DNA from: Lingula anatina
Taxonomy: Eukaryota > Animalia > Brachiopoda
NCBI GenBank assembly: GCA_051362555.1
Contig: CM120640.1
Location: 60,552,788-60,616,787, forward strand
Direction: 5' to 3'
Length of the DNA stretch: 64,000 bases
Shown here: piece after piece, positions 1-12,600 of the stretch
Layout of the letters: each line of letters opens with the position of its first letter
Position numbering within the stretch: position 1 is the stretch's first letter
Made by a program: the position numbers and the translations under genes
The notes under the pieces: model-generated
What the model saw: only the letters and a program-made list of their open reading frames with translations
Databases searched by the model: none
What the model was told of the DNA's origin: nothing

Positions 1-640
1 AATGTGTCAACCTTCAGACTCTGTTCTTGGCCCAAATATCAATACCTTCACCAAGTTATTTGATTATATTTTTTCAAAGATATAGAAGCTGAATAATTTA
101 ATCACATTTTTTACATGCTGAGCTTAATACTTTCATGTAGATTTAACTATGGCAAAGGTATCCATTAGCCATTTCATGTCTAATACTATAACTATTACCA
201 GAATGAAATGCAGATTTTTCATCTTTCATAAATGTGCATAGATGTGACATAATGACAGTCAATTTGTGTCAATCTGCTGCATATCTATGTTCTATTTTGT
301 TACACTTTGCTACAACATAATGCACTTCATACAACATTGCACCATAATGATTGACTTTTATTTTAGTTTTTTCATTATCATTCATGCTCCAGAAAAGCTC
401 GAGTCTTGTTCTGCTGCCGAGACCAACATGGTTTCCTGACAATTGAAATACTTGCAGGCAGCTAGGGACAAGTATAACTAAGTATCTCAGTACGGGACTT
501 ATATAACAATATCTTGATTTGCATGATACTCTGATAATTTTTCCCTTTTGTTGTTAAAAGAATATTACACATTAAATTAAATTTAGCCTTTTTTATGCAG
601 TCAATGAAAACCTTCATGTAGCAATAGGTGACCATATAGA

Positions 641-3600
641 CTATGAAATCCTGCAATCATATCCTGAATTTTGTTCTTGTTCCTTGGCCAGCTCTTCAAC
701 AAGCCTCTCCTCCTCCTCTTCATCTTCTTCTTCCACCAATTTATTGTTCATGTTGTCATGGGAACCATCACCAGGCCTTGGGGTGTCTTTCTCAACTGAG
801 CTGCTGCGTGATCTTGGTGTGGACAGCCTCGAGTTGGGAGGGTTTTGTTCAACTATTTTCTGCAAAGTCTGTATTTGGCCACGTATTGCACTAAAGAACG
901 GCTTATAGCCCATGCTAAAATAAAAAGTATGGGGATGTTCTGTTGATTTTCATGCTACAAGTACTCATAATCAGTTTTCTTTATATTATGAATTACTGTC
1001 ATGATGTATATTTTAGAAATTTTTGTGCAAATTGCACACAAAATTGATAACTGGTTTAAAAGCAAAATCTTAGACTAAAGTAGATTTTTGTTTCTTTATA
1101 ATTAGGGATTAATAAAAAACATCCCAATCTTCCCTAAAATCTGAATCTTTTTTATTATTTAATACCAAGCAACTTACCACTCTGTGTCTGCCCACATTTC
1201 CAGGTATGAGAGTCCCTCCCTCATCCTGCCTACTATTTCTATCTGTGTGTCAGTAAAGCTGGCCGTGTTCACAGTCCTCACCACTGCCATCACATCCCGC
1301 AGCAGGATGGAGATTAGGAGTGACCACTCCAGGCACCCGGCCTCAATCATTATGTGTAACAGGTACCTTAAATATAACAAGACTTGGTATGAAACTTTAT
1401 ATTAACTCTACATGCCTAAGAAGCACAAGTCAGTTAAAATAATGAGAAAATGAGTGAATTTGATACTGAGTGGGATACTACATTAATGATAATGTAACTA
1501 ACATGGCTTCCACATATCTTAAATAAAACCAATGAATCACCTGAGCTGCAGTTCTGCCTGTGCCGGACCCTTATTGGCAAGTTCATGACAAAGCAACTCT
1601 AGTTCTGCAGCCTCCAAACAGTAACTTTGATCCATACTTGTGCTTTCTCCAAAGTCATCAGACATCTCAGTGGCAGCAAGACTAGTATCATCTACAAGTC
1701 ATTAAACATAAATGCAGTGGTATGTCTAACATCATCATCATCATCATCTAACTGATGCCAAATAAAAGTACTCATATTTATGTGATCTATAAAATGATAT
1801 TCACATTATCCATAAATTTATTGAAGAGTCTAGCATTACAGGTATAATTTACCTCTACTTGACTGTATGTGTAGTTTGGGTTGTAGTAAGACATAGCTGC
1901 CTGCCATTGGAGAGTCAGGTGTGGCAGCTGGAGAGATTACTGGGGTGCTACTGCTCAGGTAGCCACTGTCCTTCACAGACATGTTTTTGGCTCCTTCTTC
2001 CAGCTCCAACAATCCCTGGGAGGAGGAACTGGCACTCAGGTCTGAAGAAAAAGAGTGAGGGAAGGTTATGGGTACACTGGGATGAAGTTATACAAGATGA
2101 TCACATGTGATAGGTAAATATTTATATTTAACAGTTTGTTGGGTCAGCATTTGACTCTTTTACATAGAGACATTAGTAACTTAGCTTAATAAGAAAAAGT
2201 AGTTTTATCAGTTGCTTTTTAGTGTGTATACAGGCAAGCCTCCAAGTTGTGAGAGCATATATCTTACCCAACTGGCATTTTAATTAGGTATCTTATGTTT
2301 TGGCACAGAATGCAAATAAAAATACATTAGTCCGGTGCAGTATTCTAAAAGAATGCCAGTTCAGTAAAAAAAAATAAAAATAAATAAATAAATAAATAAA
2401 TTAATTAATTTATTAATACAATTTTACCTTTGCTGAGTTGTAAGAACTCTGAGTTTGTAAGTATTGGCAAAGGCCACTGGAAATCTTGGTGCAGCTGTTT
2501 CAATGCAGTAACAAAGTCCTCCACCTTTGCGGCTCTCAGCCTGGCAAGATAAAAATGACTAAACTTAAGCAATAATGACTCACAGATAACAGACCATACA
2601 AGTTCATCAGCAAGTCAGCAGATAAAATTGACCCATATGCCAACAGCCTACAAATAAGTAAACTTACCTATTACCATGTTACCCTAAGCACTGCTTTGGT
2701 GTTAAATTATTTCCCACATTTCTAACCTTTCCTTTTTCAGCCACGTGACCAACTGATACCCCTCCATGTTAGCAGCAAAGCAACCAACATCCTTGAGTCT
2801 GTAGCTGGTGAGCAGTTTGCGTGCATGTCTTGCCAGCAGGACATCTATGAAGAAACTGTCAGGGGAGCCTTCATGGCCACTGCCACTTGCAGACCTGAAG
2901 TACAGAATATGAATGCTATAAATATCAGACTGGCAATGATACAAATAAAAGGTAAAAATTTGTAAGAAGGGATTGATTAATAGTTATGAAGGACAGATAG
3001 AAAGAAACTGTTAAAGTAAAGCCCTCATGGCTACTTCCACTAGTTGGAACACCTAGTGACTAGTGACACTAAATTTGAGACAATGTCCCTTGCATGGCAG
3101 TGACAGCAATATCAAACAGGAGATGCAATAATGCTGCTCCACAGGCTTATCTTTCCTATTATAAATGAAGAATTATACAAAAATGTATTTTCAATTTTTA
3201 ATTTGGTGAAAAGGAGCATAAACAAAGGAAATGAAAACATGTCAAGAGCTTGACCCATTAAAATATTTCCAAGTTTTTTTATGGGCTCAAGTTTTTTTAT
3301 AACCAAATACGCCACATCACATATATTCAATAATGACATATAATGGATCCCATTCTTCTAGTGTGAAAAGAATCTGACATGCTAAATAAAGTGATAACCA
3401 TCTAAATACGTATATACCAATAACAATGCTGGCCAAGAATGAAATAACATCTGTCATCCAAAATATAGAACATGTTACATTACCATAAAATATCCATCAC
3501 CAAGCATAGTGTAAATATTAAACTCAAAACACACCAAATCTATTATGATAAAACCAGTCTGAAACAAAAAATACCTGATATTCACAAGTGATCCCTCAGA

Positions 3601-6600
3601 ACATAAGCAGATAAATAATTTCCAATCCCACATCAGAACACACCATTATCCTATATACTGTCATAAATGAATATCACAGTCAAGTTCCATGGAGTTGCTG
3701 TCATCCTTACCCCTGTGCTAAACACCCAGCCTTACCTTATTGGGTATTTGTACTTTTTATTGGCAAGTATACTTTGCCACACGATACTGTTAGAAATAAT
3801 AAAATGTGTTAAGTTTACATAATCCTAGAGTAATTTATAAAATATTTTACACTTTCAATTTTGTTTTACATGGAGAATACACAATAACAAAGATCATCAT
3901 CATAACTATTACTATCATCATGCATGACTTGACTTTACAGTTACTCCTTACTGAAACCAAGTTGTGAAATAACTAACCTTCTTCTTAGAGCTGCACTCTC
4001 TGCTCTACTTTTACTCTTCTCTTTTCCCTTCCCGCCATCTACCTGGTCAGTTTTACCCGAGCCACGGCCTCTCAGCGGGTTGGTGACAAACACAAACTCG
4101 TTACTCTCTGAGTCAGGTGACATGGGTGGGGTACGGTGCAATACTCCCTGGAAACCCATACTGTTGGCTCGTGTTAATGGAGGAAGGTCTGGGGCTGTGT
4201 CAGCATCACTGGGATCTGATATGAAAACAAAAGATGTACTAATATTTCTAGGCATAAACAAAATGCTTAAGAAAGAATAATGATCATCTTCATATCGCAG
4301 GTATCTAAAGCAAAGCAGGGAAAAAGAGAAATCATTTCAGCATTACTTTGACCATATTTCAAATATTTATAACAGTAACTTTGAAATAAACTTATTCGAC
4401 TTTCTAACATTACTTAATATAAGACAAAGACTGTGGACATATAACAGTAGCATAAAAGATTTGACTGAATTACGGACCAGTCCTCTACGAAGATGTTTTG
4501 AACATACCAATGGCTTTGAGGAACCTGACTAGATCTCTGGCCAGCTCCCACTCATTGTGGTCTAATGCTGTGTCCAGTAGCATAGTGGCATGCTGGAATT
4601 GACAATATATAATTGGGTTGAGATGATCATGGTGTAAAAGTTTCAACTCAATACCTTTTGTAGCACCCCTCTGACACTCAATTGAAAATTCACCACCAAA
4701 ATTACAATGTTGTTATAAAATGTTGTGGAGTTTCGCCTAAAATCTCTTTAAAATTCTGATTAACTATTTTCCTATCTTGATGGAAAATTTTTGATTTCTC
4801 AAAATACCAAGCCCAGGATTTTTTACCCACCAGATATTATAATATTATGCACAGATACACTGATGTCACTAATTCATTAATCCTACCTGTCTGCTAACGA
4901 TAGGCTTCTCCAAATTCTGCAAGATGATTAGATAAGAAGCTGCAGTCTTTAACTTCCCTGACAGCATACACTCCTGAAATAACAATGAAATTCCCCTGTT
5001 TCCTACACACTGCTGGGAAATAAATAAATAAGCTTCTATCTTTTGATACATGGAAAGAAAAGATTGCATAAAAACAATGAATTTCTCAATAAATCTGATC
5101 AAAATATGTACATAAAGCCTAAAACATTCAAAATCATGTCTAGATTTTTCAAAACCAAAGATTTCATAATGGACAAATTAAAATCGCCCTTTGGTGTTTG
5201 CTGCCATATTAAACAGTAAACCAAGACAGTAGCCTTACCTCAAACATTTCCCGAGGGTTCCCAACAGTGTTGAACAAGTAATGCCAGAGGGCAATCTCTG
5301 TCTTTCTGGCACAATGAGCTATGGTCTGCAAAAACTCTGGGAATTCCTGGATGAATGCCACCACTCTAGGGAGGAGAGGATCTGAAAGCAAAAGTCTGAC
5401 TGAGGGCAATCTGTATTTTCCAATAAACAATTCAAGCCATGATATTTTGGAAAAAAGCTTTCATCAAATATTTAAATAAGATCTAACTGCTTCATTCCTC
5501 TTGTTCAGTTATTGCTTTTTGCTGATATTGGATCATTTTCTGTTACTTCCACTTCCAATTACTGACAACTTTGTGTGTGCCCACATGTGCGTACTCACAT
5601 TTGTGCATGCAGCCTTATGATGTACATATTTGAGTGTATGTCATATACCTGGTATAGGATCCTTGGACGTTGCTTCCTCCTCTAGAACTTCATGCAGCAA
5701 CAGCTCCAGACAATGTGGGAAATATGGCAGCTCTGTACAACAATGAGCTATCTCCAGGGCATGGTGACCAAGACTGGAAATGAAGCAGATAGAGGTTTTT
5801 AAAAATCAACAGAGGCCAGTCTCAAGGTAAAGGCTAAGGCAGTAGGTGATAAGAACAAATGAAAAATTTACCAAATCAATTTTACAAGTCTGTGAGAATG
5901 TTCCAAATGAATAAAAAATATTATTTTTCAATAGGAAACTTTAATATCTCAATACTTAAAAGATCTTAAAAAGTCTATTCTGAGAATAATAAGACCCCGC
6001 ATTGTCCTGGTTTCAATATAGACATACTTTCTTCGTAGCAGCTGCCTTAATATGTGATGGAGATATATTTGGCTCTGTAACATAAACAAAATGGATATGT
6101 TAATAATCTATGATTTTCAACATTTAGGTACATGATAATAACATGCATTATGTAATTAGAATTAAAACAAAAAGGCATGACCAACAGTTTTACACTCCAG
6201 ATTTTCTTTATAATTCAATGCATAAAGTATCACAAAACGTGGCACTCACTGTCCTTTCCAGGGTAAGAAATGGCAAATTATCAGACGGTCCAGTGTCATA
6301 ACATGTGGCATCATTTGTAGCACCAAGAATCACAGCATCTTCAAACAGCACAGCTAGGAACAGAAGAACACTTGTATATTACCTTCCCAATAATAAGGTA
6401 ATCTCTCAAAAGGACTGAACAGTTTAGAAATTCAAAGTGCAGGAAAGTGTAAATGTGTGGCATTTCAAATCCAATGACCTTTCCCAATTTCGTTAACACA
6501 ACAAATGAACACAAAAAACTATTCTCACCAAGTGGGTAGATATCCACTCTGAATGGCAGCATTATTCTCTTTGACATAAACCCATGAGCACTGACATCAT

Positions 6601-9600
6601 CCCGAGGAAACAGTGGCAGCCAGACCTAAAAACAGGCAGCTAGACAGTCAAGTGTGTATTTTTGATCAAAATTTTAGAACCATCATTGAAAAAACATGTG
6701 TAAATGAACTCTCAAGAATACATTTTGGAGTACAACTTTTTCAGTTAAATAAGACGTCACAGAAAAGTTTTGATTGTCTTTTTTAAAAAAAGATCTACCT
6801 TCATCCCATGAGCCCCACATCCCAGCCATAGGGCTTCTACCAAATGTTTCTTCTCCGAGTTCAGCCGCGGTGTGCTCCATACATTCTCTACTGCTGAAGC
6901 TACCATGACAGGGGACGTGAATGGAAGCTGGAAAACGAGATGTCCAAAATAAACTTTAGGCCTTTTCACACTGAGCATTTTATCTTAGTGATACAGCTGT
7001 ACTGGGATGTTTTGAGAAATTGAAAACTTAATAGCCTTGATATTACATAAGAGATTCACTTAAACACCACAAGCTCGATTGGAGAACTTAAAACATACTA
7101 GAGCAATTACATGTTTGAACCTCTCAGAACATACTGGTAACAGTAAGATATATTGCTCAATGTGAAGAGGCACTTTTAATCAAATTATAAATCAAACATA
7201 AATGTCATTGAAAAGGTCAAGAGATTTAATTCATTTGTGACATGAGAATATCCTCTACTGCAAAAAGGTCAATTGATAAATAGAAACTACAAATGTTTGT
7301 TAGATGGTTGCTTACCTGTCTCTGTTTGCTTCCATCTTTGACTGCCACGTGTAGTGATCTGTCTCTTTGGAACATCAGCAGACGGCCGGCAACATTGAGA
7401 AGGATGCTCTCTGCCTCTACTGCAGGCTGCTTACTGCGCACAGATGCTAGGACAAGATCAAAAATGAAGTTGGTTATCGTGAAAAGATAATAACAAGCAC
7501 AGTATAACACCTTTCAAGCAGATTTATCAAAAACATAATAGAAACTAAAATCTTACCAGTTTCTGTACGCAGTGAGGTCAAAGTAATTGCTGTCACAGAT
7601 GCTGGGTGAGGGATAAAGCCTCCAATGGCCACTTCCTGGATCTTGTTGATTTCTACTGTAGGATCTGAGGAAAGCAATTCAAATAGATCATGACGCTTAT
7701 ACGAGTTGTTTTCATGTAGCTGAAGAGAGATAGAGAAAAAAGGAAAGTATGCATTGGCTTCTCTGCTTGCAGGTATAGAATTGTGTGAGAGAGAAAGAGA
7801 AAGATAAAAGCTTACTTGGCTGAGTATTCTTCCTATCTATACTGAACATCATGATGTGGCTGTCGGCACAGAGAACTATCAGTATATCTCTGAATGTGTT
7901 GAGAAGCAGGACCTGAGAGGGAACTTTGGTCACGGTAGCAAACACATTGTCTAATTTACTACTCCTGGGGTACAACCGGATCTGAAATAAGACATACAGG
8001 GTTATTTTTTTTTTTTTCAATTTATAAATGGCAAAGAGCAAAGGATGCAATGTTTTTCTCTCTCTAATGTTTTCCGTTCAGGAAGTTCTCTTAAAAATCC
8101 TTGCTTCATCTCTCTGCCTTAGGATGTTATAGCAGGCCACACAGACAAATCCTTACCTCATCTCTCTGACCTAGAATGTTACAGCAGGCCACACAGACAA
8201 ATCCTTACCTCATCTCTCTGCCCTAGAATGTTATAGCAGGAAACACACATCTCTACCTCATCTCTCTGACCTTGGATGTTATAGCAGGACACACACACAA
8301 ATCTTTACCTCATCTCTCTGTCCTAGGATGTTATAGCAGGCCACACATACAAAGTCTCTCCACCATGTCAGCCCACCTGACACCACCATGTCCTTCTCCT
8401 GGAACACAACACATATACAGGTACTTCGATGGAAATCCATCTGTGTAGTCTTTTGATTAAGTTGTAAGCTTAAACCTTTAATATCTACACTAACTTGAGC
8501 TGTACCTCAAAGCTTTTGATCACTACCATGCCAAGCTCAAGTTAGTGTAGATATTGAAAAGCTGAAGCTTATAGCACATACAGGTTTATTAACAATAAAA
8601 ACAGCATTTAATGAGGACCTAAATTCACCACACAATCATTCAAACCAAACAAATAATATGAAAAAAGAAAGAGAAACCCAAGTGCAATAAATCTCACCTG
8701 TGTTTCATTTCCAAACAATTTCCACTTTCTGTTGAAGAGTGCATAGTGAGCCAGCCCATACTTGCCAGCAACTGCCACACACTGTCCTGCCCTATCTATT
8801 GCAGCATACTATAATATAGAGGGATGGATGCAAAGATATCAAATGATTATTTTTCTGTAATCTGTACCACCCAATATAATTTTCTATACCACCTAATATA
8901 ACTTTTTGACAGTTTAAAATATGACATATCAGCTGTTTAAATCAAATAATGGAAATTAAGACTTGTTTGATTATCTATCCTTAACTGTCATTTTATCCAC
9001 AATATGCCTTACCCTGATTGGCCAGTTAGATCCCAAATAGTTGCTTGGCACAGTGATCACCTGCCATTGCTTGCTGCCCATGAGAAAGCTAGGAGCCTGA
9101 TTGCTAGGATACCCTGGCTGTGAAGGATGTAACTGCTGCTTAGGACTAGTCTGGTGTATGGTTCTCTCTAGGCCATTGTTTACATACAGTCTGTCTTCTC
9201 CCTGGAGAAACAGGTGCTGGTGATTGCTCTGAAATAAAATACATAAATATTACATATATGTTGGAAAAAGTGTTTGTAATTGCCTAAAAATGTTTTTTTT
9301 TATGAGTGGAGAGTGTAAATGAATTTAGCCTTAATCTTTCCATCTCATCCAATAAAACGTGAGAAATTAAACAATATAAGTACATGACTGTACACTTAAA
9401 AAAAAAAAAATAAATAAAAATAAATAAATAAAATGAGTTTTTATCTTAGACTTACCATGCAAGGATTTACAGTCAAAGAACTTTTCACAAACTGCAATTG
9501 TAAAATGTCTTGATTTTCCTCCTTTATTTCCCCATTACAGTTGGTATCAGATGGCAGCTCTCCGTTCACTTGACTAGTATCACAGCGAGAGGCCATTACC

Positions 9601-12600
9601 CACAGGTGGTATCCCTCTGCACCCCACTCCATGGACTTGATATGTAGAGAATGGTGCTTGAAGGAATCCTCAGATAAACTGAAAGATGTGAAAAACTCAA
9701 ATATTTATATTTGATATTTTATATTGGGTATTATAATACCCAAACTCTTCAATTTGTAGGTGATCATTACAGCATACTACATTTTTGCCAAATGTTACAC
9801 ATTTTCTAATTTTTCTAAAAATGTATAATATTTTACTATTTTTGTCAGGGGTTTCATACTGATTTAAGCAAATTATCTTGCATTTATTTTGATTTTTAGA
9901 AATTATATTCAAATGCTTGGCCACATATCATACATAAAAAATAACCCAAAACTTCATTCATGTGTGGTCACAGGCTTTTCTATACAAAGTAAAATCTAAT
10001 AATCCATACCCATAGTCTCCTCCCAGAGAACAGAAAAGTAGAGCACCAAACACGCTCCATACTGCAAACCCTCCATTCTCCCAGGCAGCGGCCAGTGCAC
10101 AGCCATCAGGGGTCCACTTGATATGTGTCATGCTGCCAACCACGTGACTAGCATCTGCATCAGTGACAAAAGATACAATATAATCATACCTAAGCAGTTT
10201 AACATCTGACTTGTCTGTCTGAATAGCTTCATCTAAAATTTGTGTGAGAACTGAAATGTATACTTAAAGGCATAGATTACTGCTCCTGTGAGAATAAGAT
10301 TTTATAACTTATACATCTTGGCAATTGTAACTAGACACCCACAACAACTATACCTGGATAGTCTTTACTAGAGACTGCTAGCCTGTGTGAAACCTGGAGA
10401 GCACCAGTTATTTCATCAATACTGTACACCATCCCTTCTCCACTAAAATAGTAAATAAATCACTATTAATTAATGAATTCTGAAGAGATCCAATTCTAGT
10501 TGTCATTAAATAACTATATATATAAAAAATTAAAGATAAAAAATTTATAAAATAGAAAAAAATGTTAAGGATATTAAATCATGCTTTGACTTGTGCACAT
10601 TAAATAATATCCTTACTTTTTGAGGCCAAAAGCCATTAGTCTGTACTTGTGATTGACTCCTACACAGGACGCATTATTCACCTCCTGGGCCCACACACCC
10701 TGGATTTGCTGGGGAAGGAAAAACAATAATAGTAATAATAAATAAATAAAAGTTCAAGACGTTACTACAGAAAAAAAAGATGCCTTCTTATCATGCATAA
10801 TGGACACTTATTTTGAAAATGCAATTAATGATAAAAAACACCCATCTCAACATTTCTATTTCATTATTTTAAATAGTTTAAAAAGATAGCAAGTCCAACT
10901 TACATGTGGTTCAAACTTGGCAGATGTGACAGTGAGAAATGCTGCTCTCCCATTGGACAGAACAGTGGCAAATCCCCCCAGCAGAGGGCTGTATTCCATG
11001 TGGGGAATGTTCACATTCTCTTCCTGTACTGTGGAAGCTGATTTACAAAGATATATTATTTTACACAAAGTGGATTTTTTAAAGTATGCTGATGATACAT
11101 TGCTACACTATAGATTTTATTTATTTGTTTGTATTTTATTTACTTTTTATTCCATAATTTTTTTGATTGATATCTTATAAGTAAGAGCTCTTTTCTCTTT
11201 AGGACTGTTTTATCCCCTATTGGGGGATTTACTGATTATCAAAGACAACCACCTACCCCTTGAGAACTGTAGGTCTGTAGAGAATGGAACTGTCTTGACA
11301 TTGACTGACATCTGCCCATTGCTGCAGCCATCCCAGCGTATCCTCTGTATATAACCAGTGTACGTGGACAGCAACAGGTCATCACGAACACACAGGAGAC
11401 TACAATTACAATAAATGTATGTGTGTGTCTATACATGAAATTTTCATTTTACAGAAAACATGCACACAACATAAATAATCACACTACAACTTAATCAAAA
11501 TAATATTTTACAGTCTGATTACATAAAGTCACACAATCTTATTGAGGAAATATTGGGGTACCATTAAGAATTAATTTAAGCAAACTGCCACTTATTAACA
11601 TTCTTTCAGCAATGAAGACAAATAAATTATTCAAGAAAAATAATAGGTAAGACCATACATTTCTACTTTTACAGGTTGTTAAGCATACAATCCAGTATTT
11701 ACTCACCATGTCACCCCTCCCTGTATCTGTATATAAGACAGCTGTGACACCTTGAGAGCAGGGATACCCTCACCATTAAGAAGATCCCCAGTAGCTTTGC
11801 GGGGAGGCAGGCTCCTTCTGAAGAATTAAAGGTCCAACATATTAATGTGATTCAAAATTTAAATGTGCCTTTTGTTTATTTCAGCACAGTCTGCAGAAGT
11901 GTCCTGATAATATTGCAGAACCTTTTACCAAAAAGAGCAAACAGGGAAGAACCCTTTAAAAAAAAAGACACACATACACACACACCCACCCACCCACCCA
12001 CCCACCCACACACACACACACACACTTAGCAATAAATTTCAAAAATTGTAGCATCAAACCAATTTATCATCCTAGACATTATTCCATTAATTTAATATTA
12101 TAATAAAATTACATATAAATTGTCTTTGCTTTCCCTTTGTTAAAATCTACATATCACTTTCATTGTAAAAAAGAGACTTCTAATAGAAAAAGTAACAAAT
12201 GAAAATATTTTGAACGTTTTGAGCACTGAATGTTAGTCATATTTGATGTAGGGAAACAGAAAATTCTGATAACACATAACTGGTTTAGATTTTTAACAAG
12301 AACATTTTACTACAATGGAAGATCACTGCCTACTTAAAAAACTTCTTAATTAATGACAAGTCTTATTCTACAGCCTGGCCTTGACAATAAATCAGTTGTT
12401 TGCACCCACTGTACCATTATCATTTCATGCACAGCTACTTAGAGCACAAAATTCCATGCTTTTAACATGTGTGACATGCAATACAGTCACTTATCTTCAT
12501 CAGACTTGATAAGCCTATTATTTTGTTCAATCATTCTGTATTAGATATTGCCAGCATAAATGTGCATCAGCATTTATTAATTCAACCTTTGTTTATAAAG

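Noticed and set aside
1693-1750. Alternative upstream acceptor adding poly-Asp to RIC1
   Set aside because: The extension reads into an in-frame TAG at the real acceptor. It is simply a (CAT)n microsatellite.
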